This document shows positions 1-12,568 of a stretch of 64,000 nucleotides of DNA, in pieces (position 1 is the stretch's first letter; each line of letters starts with the position of its first letter). Source of the stretch: Eledone cirrhosa (lineage: Eukaryota); assembly GCA_964016885.1 (NCBI GenBank), contig OZ024744.1, forward strand, positions 27,962,001 through 28,026,000. Reading direction: 5' to 3'. The position numbers and the translations under genes are program-made. The notes beneath the pieces were generated by a model. The model ran no database searches and was not told the origin of the DNA. It saw nothing but the letters and a program-made list of their open reading frames with translations.

Positions 1-3000
1 TGTTATTGTCACTGTTGTTATTGTTGTTGTCGCTGTTATAACTGTTATTATCACTGTTGTTGTTGTTGTTCTCGCTGTTATCACTGTTATTGTCATTGTT
101 GTTGTTGTCGCTGTTATCACTGTTATTGTCATTGTTGTTGTTGTCGCTGTTATCACTGTTATTGTCACTGTTGTTGTTGTTCTCGCTGTTATCACTGTTA
201 TTGTCACTGTTGTTGTTCTTCTCGCTGTTATCACTGTTATTGTCATTGTTGTTGTTGTTGTGTTCGCTGTTATAACTGTTATTGTCATTGTTGTTGTTGT
301 TGTCGCTGTTATCACTGTTATTGTCACTGTTGTTGTTGTCGCTGGTATAACTGTTATTGTCACTGTTGTTTTTGTTGTTGTCGCTGTTATCACTGTTATT
401 GTAACTGTTGTTGTTGTCGCTGTTATAACTGTTATTGTCATTGTTGTTGTTGTTGTCACTGTTATCACTGTTATTGTCACCGTTGTTGTTGTCGCTGTTA
501 TCACTGTTATTTTCATTGTTGTTGTTGTCGCTGTTATCACTGTTATTTTCACTGTTGTTGTTGTTGTTGTCGCTGTTATCACTGTTATTGTCACTGTTGT
601 TGTTGTTGTTGTCGATTTTATCACTGTTATTGTCACTGTTGTTGTTGTTGTTGTCGCTGTCATAACTGTTCTTTTCACTGTTGTTGTTGTTGTCGCTGTT
701 ATAACTGTTATTGTCACTGTTGTTATCGCTGTTATAACTCTTATTGTCACTGTTGTTGTTGTTGTCGCTGTTATCACTGTTATTGTCACAGTTGTTGTTG
801 TCGCTGTTGTCATTGTTATTGTCATTGTCGTTGTTGTCGCTTTTATAACTGTTATTGTCATTGTAGTTGTTGTTGTCGCTGTTATAACTGTTATTGTCAC
901 TGTTGTTGTTGTTGCTGTCGGTGTTATAACTGTTATTGTCACTGTTGTTGTTGTTGTTGTCGCTGTTATCACTGTTATTGTCATTGTTGTTGTTGTCGCT
1001 GTTATCACTGTTATTGTCATTGTTGTTGTTGTCGCTGTTATCACTGTTATTGTCACTGTTGTTGTTGTTCTCGCTGTTATCACTGTTATTGTCACTGTTG
1101 TTGTTCTTCTCGCTGTTATCACTGTTATTGTCATTGTTGTTGTTGTTGTGTTCGCTGTTATAACTGTTATTGTCATTGTTGTTGTTGTTGTTGTTGTTGT
1201 CGCTGTTATCACTGTTATTGTCACTGTTGTTGTTGTCGCTGGTATAACTGTTATTGTCACTGTTGTTTTTGTTGTTGTCGCTGTTATCACTGTTATTGTC
1301 ACTGTTGTTGTTGTCGCTGTTATAACTGTTATTGTCACTGTTGTTGTTGTTGTTGTCACTGTTATCACTGTTAATGTCACTGTTGTTGTTGTTCTCGCTG
1401 TTATCACTGTTATTGTCATTGTTGTTGTTGTCGCTGTTATCACTGTTATTGTCACTGTTGCTGTTGTTGTCGCTGTTATCTCTGTTATTGTCATTGTTGT
1501 TGTCGCTGTTATAACTGTTATTGTCATTGTTGTTGTTGTCGCTGTTATCACTGTTATTGTCACTGTTGCTGTTGTTCTCGCTGTTATCACTGTTATTTTC
1601 ATTGTTGTTGTTGTCGCTGTTATCACTGTTATTGTCACTGTTGTTGTTGTTGTCGTTGTTATCACTGTTATTTTCACTGTAGTTGTTGTTGTCACTGTTA
1701 TAAATGTTATTGTCACTGTTGTCATTGTTGTCGCTGTTATCACTGTTATTGTCACTGTTGCTGTTGTTGTCGCTGTTATCTCTGTTATTGTCATTGTTGT
1801 TGTCGCTGTTATAACTGTTATTGTCATTGTTGTTGTTGTCGCTGTTATCACTGTTATTGTCACTGTTGCTGTTGTTCTCGCTGTTATCACTGTTATTTTC
1901 ATTGTTGTTGTTGTCGCTGTTATCACTGTTATTGTCACTGTTGTTGTTGTTGTTGTCGCTGTTATCACTGTTATTGTCACTGTTGTAGTTGTTGTCGCTG
2001 TTATAACTGTTATTGTCACTGTTGTTTTTGTTGCTGTCGCTGTTATCACTGTTATTGTCATTGTTGTTGTTGTTGTGGCTGTTATCACTGTTATTGTCAC
2101 TGTTGTTGTCGCTGTTATCACTGTTATTTTCATTGTTGTTGTTGTTGTTCTCTCTGTTATCACTGTTATTGTCACTGTTATTGTCACTGTTGTTGTTGTT
2201 CTCGCTGTTATAATTGTCATTGTGACTGTTGTTGTTGTCGCTGTTATAACTGTTATTGTCATTGTTGTTGTTGTTGTCGCTGTTATCACTGTTATTAACA
2301 CTGTTGTTGTTGTTGTTCTCGCTGTTATCACTGTTATTGTCACTGTTGTTGTTGTTGTCGCTGTTATAAATGTTATTGTCACTATTGCTTTTGTTGTTGT
2401 CGCTCTTATCACTCTTATTGTCATTGCTGTTGTTGTTCTCGGTGCTATCCCTGTTATTGTCATTGTTGTTGTTGTTGTACTCGCTGTTATCACTGTTATT
2501 GTCATTGTTGTTGTTGTTGTCGCTGTTATCACTGTTATTGTCACTGTTTTTGTTGTTGTCGCTATTATCACTGTTATTGTCACTGTTGTTTTTGTTGTTG
2601 TCGCTGTTATCACTGTTATTTTCATTGTTTTTGTTGTTGTTCTCGCATTTATCACTGTTATTGTCAGTGTTGTTGTTGTTGTTCTCGCTGTTATCACTGT
2701 TGTCGTCACTGTTGTTGTTGTTGTCGCTGTTATAACTGTTATTGTCATTGTTGTTGTTGTCGCTGTTATCACTGTTATTGACACTGTTGTTGCTGTTGTT
2801 CTCGCTGTTATCAGTGTTATTGTCACTGTTGTTGTTGTTGTTCTCGCTGTTACCACTGTTATTGTCAATGTTGTTGTTGTCGCTGTTATAACTGTTATTG
2901 TCACTGTTGTTGTTGTTGTTGTCGCTGTTATAACTCTTATTGTCACTGTTGTTGTTGTTGTTGTCATTGTTATCACTGTTATTGTCATTATTGTTATTGT

Positions 3001-6000
3001 CACTGTTGTTGTTGTTGTTCTCGCTGTTATCACTGTTGTCGTCACTGTTGTTGCTGTTGTCGCTGTTATAACTGTTATTGTCGCTGTTATAACTGTTATT
3101 GTCATTGTTGTTGTTGTCGCTGTTATTACTGTTATTGACACTGTTGTTGCTGTTGTTCTCGCTGTTATCACTGTTATTGTCACTGTTGTTGTTGTTGTTC
3201 TCGCTGTTACCACTGTTATTGTCAATGTTGTTGTTGTCGCTGTTATAACTGTTATTGTCACTGTTGTTATTGTTGTTGTCGCTGTTATAACTGTTATTGT
3301 TACTGTTGTTGTTGTTGTTCTCGCTGTTATCACTGTTATTGTCATTGTTGTTGTTGTCGCTGTTATCACTGTTATTGTCATTGTTGTTGTTGTCGCTGTT
3401 ATCACTGTTATTGTCACTGTTGTTGTTGTTCTCGCTGTTATCACTGTTATTGTCACTGTTGTTGTTCTTCTCGCTGTTATCACTGTTATTGTCATTGTTG
3501 TTGTTGTTGTGTTCGCTGTTATAACTGTTATTGTCATTGTTGTTGTTGTTGTCGCTGTTATCACTGTTATTGTCACTGTTGTTGTTGTCGCTGGTATAAC
3601 TGTTATTGTCACTGTTGTTTTTGTTGTTGTCGCTGTTATCACTGTTATTGTAACTGTTGTTGTTGTCGCTGTTATAACTGTTATTGTCATTGTTGTTGTT
3701 GTTGTCACTGTTATCACTGTTATTGTCACCGTTGTTGTTGTCGCTGTTATCACTGTTATTTTCATTGTTGTTGTTGTCGCTGTTATCACTGTTATTTTCA
3801 CTGTTGTTGTTGTTGTTGTCGCTGTTATCACTGTTATTGTCACTGTTGTTGTTGTTGTTGTCGATTTTATCACTGTTATTGTCACTGTTGTTGTTGTTGT
3901 TGTCGCTGTCATAACTGTTCTTTTCACTGTTGTTGTTGTTGTCGCTGTTATAACTGTTATTGTCACTGTTGTTATCGCTGTTATAACTCTTATTGTCACT
4001 GTTGTTGTTGTTGTCGCTGTTATCACTGTTATTGTCACAGTTGTTGTTGTCGCTGTTGTCATTGTTATTGTCATTGTCGTTGTTGTCGCTTTTATAACTG
4101 TTATTGTCATTGTAGTTGTTGTTGTCGCTGTTATAACTGTTATTGTCACTGTTGTTGTTGTTGCTGTCGGTGTTATAACTGTTATTGTCACTGTTGTTGT
4201 TGTTGTTGTCGCTGTTATCACTGTTATTGTCATTGTTGTTGTTGTCGCTGTTATCACTGTTATTGTCATTGTTGTTGTTGTCGCTGTTATCACTGTTATT
4301 GTCACTGTTGTTGTTGTTCTCGCTGTTATCACTGTTATTGTCACTGTTGTTGTTCTTCTCGCTGTTATCACTGTTATTGTCATTGTTGTTGTTGTTGTGT
4401 TCGCTGTTATAACTGTTATTGTCATTGTTGTTGTTGTTGTTGTTGTTGTCGCTGTTATCACTGTTATTGTCACTGTTGTTGTTGTCGCTGGTATAACTGT
4501 TATTGTCACTGTTGTTTTTGTTGTTGTCGCTGTTATCACTGTTATTGTCACTGTTGTTGTTGTCGCTGTTATAACTGTTATTGTCACTGTTGTTGTTTTC
4601 ACTGTTATCACTCTTATTGTCACTGTTGTTGTTGTTCTCGCTGTTATCACTGTTATTGTCATTGTTGTTGTTGTCGCTGTTATCACTGTTATTGTCACTG
4701 TTGCTGTTGTTGTCGCTGTTATAACTGTTACTGTCATTGTTGTTGTTGTCGCTGTTATCATTGTTATTTTCATTGTTGTTGTTGTCGCTGTTATCACTGT
4801 TATTGTCACTGTTGTTGTTGTTGTCGCTGTTATCACTGTTATTGTCACTGTTGTTGTTGTTGTTGTCGCTGTCATAACTGTTATTGTCACTGTTGTTGTT
4901 ATCGCTGTTATAACTGTTATTGTCATTGTTGTTGTTGTCGCTGTTATCACTGTTATTGTCACTGTTGTTGTTGTCGCTGTTATCACTGTTATTGTCACTG
5001 TTGCTGTTGTTGTAGCTGTTATCACTGCTATTGTCATTGTTGTTGTTGTTGTCGCTGTTATCACTGTGATTGTCATTGTTGTTGTTGTTGTTCTCGCTGT
5101 TATCACCGTTATTGTCACTGTTGTTGTCGCTGTTATCACTGTTATTGTCACTGTTGTTATTGTTGTTGTTGCTGTTATCACTGTTATTGTCACTGTTGTA
5201 GTTGTTGTCGCTGTTATAACTGTTATTGTCACTGTTATAACTGTTATTGCCACTGTTGTTGTTGTTGTTGTTGTCGCTGTTATCACTGTTATTGTCATTG
5301 TTGCTGTTGTACTCGCTGTTATCACTGTTATTGTTGTTGTTGTAGTGGCTGTTATCACTGTTATTGTCACTGTTGTTGTCGCTGTTATCACTGTTATTTT
5401 CATTGTTGTTGTTGTTGTTCTCTCTGTTATCACTGTTATTGTCACTGTTATTGTCACTGTTGTTGTTGTTCTCGCTGTTATAACTGTTATTGTGACTGTT
5501 GTTGTTGTCGCTGTTATAACTGTTATTGTCATTGTTGTTGTTGTTGTCGCTGTTATCACTGTTATTAACACTGTTGTTGTTGTTGTTCTCGCTGTTATCA
5601 CTGTTATTGTCACTGTTGTTGTTGTTGTCGCTGTTATAACTGTTATTGTCACTTTTGTTGTTGCTGTTGTCGCTGTCATAACTCTTATTGTCACTGTTGT
5701 TGTTGTCGTTGTTATCACTGTTATTGTCATTAATGTTGTTCTCGCTCTTATCACTGGTATTGACACTGTTGTTGTTGTTGTTGTCGCTGTTATAACTGTT
5801 ATTGTCTCTGTTGATGTTGTTGTTGTCGCTGTTATAACTGTTATTGTCACTGTTGTTGTTGTCGCTATTATAACTCTTATTGTGACTGTTGTTGTTGTCG
5901 TCGTTGTTATCACTGTTATTGTCATTATTGTTGTTGTCGCTGTTATGACTGTTATTGTCATTGTTGTTGTTGTCGCTGTTATCACTGTTATTGTCACTGT

Positions 6001-6038
6001 TGTTGTTGTTGTTCTCGCTGTTACCACTGTTATTGTCA
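1..6038. repeat. Segmental duplication copy A (at least 6.0 kb; partner at 13259-19260)
   Basis: Nine ORF-track pairs share offset 13258 (57/13315, 435/13693, 936/14194, 1332/14590, 2013/15271, 2370/15628, 3297/16555, 3684/16942, 4185/17443). The offset becomes 13222 after a 36-bp monomer indel near 4660 (tgtagctg at 5011 vs 18233). Similarity ends at ~6038/19260. Confidence 0.9.
1430..1952. repeat. Nested duplication of ~220 bp at 300-bp offset (also at ~9120/9420, ~11460/11760 and ~14700/15000)
   Basis: Lines starting at 1441, 1501 and 1561 are identical to those starting at 1741, 1801 and 1861. Confidence 0.85.
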
Positions 6039-8360
6039 TTGTTGTTGTTGTTGTTGTTGCTGTTATAACTGTTACTGTCATTGTTGTTGTTGTTGTCGCT
6101 GTTATCGCTGTTATTTTCATTGTTGTTGTTGTCGCTGTTATCACTGTTATTGTCACTTTTGTTGTTGTTGTCGCTGTTATCACTGTTATTGTCACTGTTG
6201 TTGTTGTTGTCACTGTTATAAATGTTATTGTCACTGTTGTCATTGTTGTCGCTGTTATCACTGTTATTGTCACTGTTGTTGTTGTTGTCGCTGTCATAAC
6301 TGTTCTTTTCACTGTTGTTGTTGTTCTCTCTGTTATCACTGTTATTGTCACTGTTGTAGTTGTTGTCGCTGTTATAACTGTTATTGTCACTGTTGTTGTT
6401 GTTGCTGTCGCTGTTATCACTGTTATTGTCATTGTTGTTGTTGTTGTGGCTGTTATCACTGTTATTGTCACTGTTGTTGTCGCTGTTATCACTGTTATTT
6501 TCATTGTTGTTGTTGTTGTTCTCTCTGTTATCACTGTTATTGTCACTGTTGTTGTTGTTCTCGCTGTTATAATTGTCATTGTGACTGTTGTTGTTGTCGC
6601 TGTTATAACTGTTATTGTCATTGTTGTTGTTGTTGTCGCTGTTATCACTGTTATTAACACTGTTGTTGTTGTTGTTCTCGCTGTTATCACTGTTATTGTC
6701 ACTGTTGTTGTTGTTGTCGCTGTTATCACTGTTGTCATTGTTGTTGTTGTTGTCGCTGTTATCACTGTTATTGTCCCTGTTGTTGTTGTCGCTGTTATAA
6801 ATGTTATTGTCACTATTGCTTTTGTTGTTGTCGCTCTTATCACTCTTATTGTCATTGCTGTTGTTGTTTTCGCTGTTATAACTGTTATTGTCATTGTTGT
6901 TGTTGTTGTCACTGTTATCACTGTTATTGTCACCGTTGTTGTTGTCGCTGTTATCACTGTTATTTTCATTGTTGTTGTTGTCGCTGTTATCACTGTTATT
7001 TTCACTGTTGTTGTTGTTGTTGTCGCTGTTATCACTGTTATTGTCACAGTTGTTGTTGTCGCTGTTGTCATTGTTATTGTCATTGTCGTTGTTGTCGCTT
7101 TTATAACTGTTATTGTCATTGTAGTTGTTGTTGTCGCTGTTATAACTGTTATTGTCACTGTTGTTGTTGTTGCTGTCGGTGTTATAACTGTTATTAGTTA
7201 CTGTTGTTGTTGTTGTTGTTCTCGCTGTTACCACTTTTATTGTCAATGTTGTTGTTGTTGTTGTCGCTGTTATAACTGTTATTGTCACTGTTATTGTTGT
7301 TGTTGTCGCTGTTATAACTCTTATTGTCACTGTTGTTGTTGTTGTCGCTATTATCACTGTTATTGTCACTGTTGTTTTTGTTGTTGTCGCTGTTATCACT
7401 GTTATTTTCATTGTTTTTGTTGTTGTTCTCGCATTTATCACTGTTATTGTCAGTGTTGTTGTTGTTGTTCTCGCTGTTATCACTGTTGTCGTCACTGTTG
7501 TTGTTGTTGTCGCTGTTATATCTGTTATTGTCGTTGTTATAACTGTTATTGTCATTGTTGTTGTTGTCGCTGTTATCATTGTTATTGACACTGTTGTTGC
7601 TGTTGTTCTCGCTGTTATCACTGTTATTGTCACTGTTGTTGTTGTTGTTCTCGCTGTTACCACTGTTATTGTCAATGTTGTTGTTGTTGTCGCTGTTATA
7701 ACTGTTATTGTCACTGTTGTTGTTGTCGCTGTTATAACTGTTATTGTCATTGTTGTTGTTGTCGCTGTTATCACTGTTATTGTCACTGTTGTTGTTGTTC
7801 TCGCTGTTATCACTGTTATTGTCACTGTTGTTGTTCTTCTCGCTGTTATCACTGTTATTGTCATTGTTGTTGTTGTTGTGTTCGCTGTTATAACTGTTAT
7901 TGTCATTGTTGTTGTTGTTGTTGTCGCTGTTATCACTGTTATTGTCACTGTTGTTGTTGTCGGTGGTATAACTGTTATTGTCACTGTTGTTTTTGTTGTT
8001 GTCGCTTTTATCACTGTTATTGTCACTGTTGTTGTTGTCGCTGTTATAACTGTTATTGTCACTGTTGTTGTTGTCAATGTTAGCACTCTTATTGTCACTG
8101 TTGTTGTTGTTCTCGCTGTTATCACTGTTATTGTCATTGTTGTTGTTGTCGCTGTTATCACTGTTATTGTCACTGTTGTTGTTGTTCTCGCTGTTATCAC
8201 TGTTATTGTCATTGTTGTTGTTGTTGTGTTCGCTGTTATAACTGTTATTTTCATTGTTGTTGTTGTTGTTGTCGCTGTTATCACTGTTATTGTCACTGTT
8301 GTTGTTGTCGCTGGTATAACTGTTATTGTCACTGTTGTTTTTGTTGTTGTCGCTGTTATC

Positions 8361-11300
8361 ACTGTTATTGTCACTGTTGTTTTTGTTGTTGTCGCTGTTA
8401 TCACTGTTATTGTCACTGTTGTTGTTGTCGCTGTTATAACTGTTATTGTCACTGTTGTTGTTGTCACTGTTATCACTCTTATTGTCACTGTTGTTGTTGT
8501 TCTCGCTGTTATCAATGGTATTGACACTGTTGTTGTTTTTATTGTCGCTGTTAGAACTGTTATTGTCACTGTTGTTATTGTTGTTGTCGCTGTTATAACT
8601 GTTATTGTCACTGTTGTTGTTGTTGTTGTTCTCTCTGTTATCACTGTTATTGTCATTGTTGTTGTTGTCGCTGTTATCACTGTTATTGTCATTGTTGTTG
8701 TTGTCGCTGTTATCACTGTTATTGTCACTGTTGTTGTTGTTCTCGCTGTTATCACTGTTATTGTCACTGTTGTTGTTCTTCTCGCTGTTATCACTGTTAT
8801 TGTCATTGTTGTTGTTGTGTTCGCTGTTATAACTGTTATTGTCATTGTTGTTGTAGTTGTTTTCGCTGTTATCACTGTTATTGTCACTGTTGTTGTTGTC
8901 GCTGGTATAACTGTTATTGTCACTGTTGTTTTTGTTGTTGTCGCTGTTATCACTGTTATTGTCACTGTTGTTGTTGTCGCTGTTATAACTGTTATTGTCA
9001 CTGTTGTTGTTGTTGTTGTCACTGTTATCACTGTTAATGTCACTGTTGTTGTTGTTCTCGCTGTTATCACTGTTATTGTCATTGTTGTTGTTGTCGCTGT
9101 TATCACTGTTATTGTCACTGTTGCTGTTGTTGTCGCTGTTATCTCTGTTATTGTCATTGTTGTTGTCGCTGTTATAACTGTTATTGTCATTGCTGTTGTT
9201 GTCGCTGTTATCACTGTTATTGTCACTGTTGCTGTTGTTCTCGCTGTTATCACTGTTATTTTCATTGTTGTTGTTGTCGCTGTTATCACTGTTATTGTCA
9301 CTGTTGTTGTTGTTGTCGTTGTTATCACTGTTATTTTCACTGTAGTTGTTGTTGTCACTGTTATAAATGTTATTGTCACTGTTGTCATTGTTGTCGCTGT
9401 TATCACTGTTATTGTCACTGTTGCTGTTGTTGTCGCTGTTATCTCTGTTATTGTCATTGTTGTTGTCGCTGTTATAACTGTTATTGTCATTGTTGTTGTT
9501 GTCGCTGTTATCACTGTTATTGTCACTGTTGCTGTTGTTCTCGCTGTTATCACTGTTATTTTCATTGTTGTTGTTGTCGCTGTTATCACTGTTATTGTCA
9601 CTGTTGTTGTTGTTGTTGTCGCTGTTATCACTGTTATTGTCACTGTTGTAGTTGTTGTCGCTGTTATAACTGTTATTGTCACTGTTGTTTTTGTTGCTGT
9701 CGCTGTTATCACTGTTATTGTCATTGTTGTTGTTGTTGTGGCTGTTATCACTGTTATTGTCACTGTTGTTGTCGCTGTTATCACTGTTATTTTCATTGTT
9801 GTTGTTGTTGTTCTCTCTGTTATCACTGTTATTGTCACTGTTATTGTCACTGTTGTTGTTGTTCTCGCTGTTATAATTGTCATTGTGACTGTTGTTGTTG
9901 TCGCTGTTATAACTGTTATTGTCATTGTTGTTGTTGTTGTCGCTGTTATCACTGTTATTAACACTGTTGTTGTTGTTGTTCTCGCTGTTATCACTGTTAT
10001 TGTCACTGTTGTTGTTGTTGTCGCTGTTATAAATGTTATTGTCACTATTGCTTTTGTTGTTGTCGCTCTTATCACTCTTATTGTCATTGCTGTTGTTGTT
10101 CTCGGTGCTATCCCTGTTATTGTCATTGTTGTTGTTGTTGTACTCGCTGTTATCACTGTTATTGTCATTGTTGTTGTTGTTGTCGCTGTTATCACTGTTA
10201 TTGTCACTGTTTTTGTTGTTGTTGTCGCTGTTATCACTGTTATTGTCATTGTTGTTGTTGTCGCTGTTGTCATTGTTATTGTCATTGTCGTTGTTGTCGC
10301 TTTTATAACTGTTATTGTCATTGTAGTTGTTGTTGTCGCTGTTATAACTGTTATTGTCACTGTTGTTGTTGTTGCTGTCGGTGTTATAACTGTTATTGTC
10401 ACTGTTGTTGTTGTTGTTGTCGCTGTTATCACTGTTATTGTCATTGTTGTTGTTGTCGCTGTTATCACTGTTATTGTCATTGTTGTTGTTGTCGCTGTTA
10501 TCACTGTTATTGTCACTGTTGTTGTTGTTCTCGCTGTTATCACTGTTATTGTCACTGTTGTTGTTCTTCTCGCTGTTATCACTGTTATTGTCATTGTTGT
10601 TGTTGTTGTGTTCGCTGTTATAACTGTTATTGTCATTGTTGTTGTTGTTGTTGTTGTTGTCGCTGTTATCACTGTTATTGTCACTGTTGTTGTTGTCGCT
10701 GGTATAACTGTTATTGTCACTGTTGTTTTTGTTGTTGTCGCTGTTATCACTGTTATTGTCACTGTTGTTGTTGTCGCTGTTATAACTGTTATTGTCACTG
10801 TTGTTGTTGTCACTGTTATCACTCTTATTGTCACTGTTGTTGTTGTTCTCGCTGTTATCAATGGTATTGACACTGTTGTTGTTTTTATTGTCGCTGTTAG
10901 AACTGTTATTGTCACTGTTGTTATTGTTGTTGTCGCTGTTATAACTGTTATTGTCACTGTTGTTGTTGTTGTTGTTCTCGCTGTTATCACTGTTATTGTC
11001 ATTGTTGTTGTTGTCGCTGTTATCACTGTTATTGTCATTGTTGTTGTTGTCGCTGTTATCACTGTTATTGTCACTGTTGTTGTTGTTCTCGCTGTTATCA
11101 CTGTTATTGTCACTGTTGTTGTTCTTCTCGCTATTATCACTGTTATTGTCATTGTTGTTGTTGTGTTCGCTGTTATAACTGTTATTGTCATTGTTGTTGT
11201 AGTTGTTTTCGCTGTTATCACTGTTATTGTCACTGTTGTTGTTGTCGCTGGTATAACTGTTATTGTCACTGTTGTTTTTGTTGTTGTCGCTGTTATCACT

Positions 11301-12568
11301 GTTATTGTCACTGTTGTTGTTGTCGCTGTTATAACTGTTATTGTCACTGTTGTTGTTGTTGTTGTCACTGTTATCACTGTTAATGTCACTGTTGTTGTTG
11401 TTCTCGCTGTTATCACTGTTATTGTCATTGTTGTTGTTGTCGCTGTTATCACTGTTATTGTCACTGTTGCTGTTGTTGTCGCTGTTATCTCTGTTATTGT
11501 CATTGTTGTTGTCGCTGTTATAACTGTTATTGTCATTGCTGTTGTTGTCGCTGTTATCACTGTTATTGTCACTGTTGCTGTTGTTCTCGCTGTTATCACT
11601 GTTATTTTCATTGTTGTTGTTGTCGCTGTTATCACTGTTATTGTCACTGTTGTTGTTGTTGTCGTTGTTATCACTGTTATTTTCACTGTAGTTGTTGTTG
11701 TCACTGTTATAAATGTTATTGTCACTGTTGTCATTGTTGTCGCTGTTATCACTGTTATTGTCACTGTTGCTGTTGTTGTCGCTGTTATCTCTGTTATTGT
11801 CATTGTTGTTGTCGCTGTTATAACTGTTATTGTCATTGTTGTTGTTGTCGCTGTTATCACTGTTATTGTCACTGTTGCTGTTGTTCTCGCTGTTATCACT
11901 GTTATTTTCATTGTTGTTGTTGTCGCTGTTATCACTGTTATTGTCACTGTTGTTGTTGTTGTTGTCGCTGTTATCACTGTTATTGTCACTGTTGTAGTTG
12001 TTGTCGCTGTTATAACTGTTATTGTCACTGTTGTTTTTGTTGCTGTCGCTGTTATCACTGTTATTGTCATTGTTGTTGTTGTTGTGGCTGTTATCACTGT
12101 TATTGTCACTGTTGTTGTCGCTGTTATCACTGTTATTTTCATTGTTGTTGTTGTTGTTCTCTCTGTTATCACTGTTATTGTCACTGTTATTGTCACTGTT
12201 GTTGTTGTTCTCGCTGTTATAATTGTCATTGTGACTGTTGTTGTTGTCGCTGTTATAACTGTTATTGTCATTGTTGTTGTTGTTGTCGCTGTTATCACTG
12301 TTATTAACACTGTTGTTGTTGTTGTTCTCGCTGTTATCACTGTTATTGTCACTGTTGTTGTTGTTGTCGCTGTTATAAATGTTATTGTCACTATTGCTTT
12401 TGTTGTTGTCGCTCTTATCACTCTTATTGTCATTGCTGTTGTTGTTCTCGGTGCTATCCCTGTTATTGTCATTGTTGTTGTTGTTGTACTCGCTGTTATC
12501 ACTGTTATTGTCATTGTTGTTGTTGTTGTCGCTGTTATCACTGTTATTGTCACTGTTTTTGTTGTTGT
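8361..12568. repeat. Direct duplication of ~1.86 kb at 2346-bp offset (8361-10222 vs 10707-12568)
   Basis: Marker atcaatggtattgac occurs at 8511 and 10857. ORF pairs 8605/10951, 8995/11341, 9676/12022 and 10033/12379 are all offset by 2346. Confidence 0.88.

Noticed and set aside
57-275. Short Leu/Ser ORFs resembling signal peptides or leucine-rich repeats
   Set aside because: They are intervals between ATA-variant monomers that create TAA in that frame. They were useful only as duplication markers.
260-7588. Val/Ile/Thr-rich ORFs (260-7588, 7878-21077, 20975-25654 and right-arm minus-strand equivalents) as membrane proteins
   Set aside because: The codons GTT, GTC, ATT, ATC, ACT and GCT are not one substitution from a stop, so the frame stays open automatically. 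Thousands of residues with almost no charge are implausible, and starts are arbitrary.
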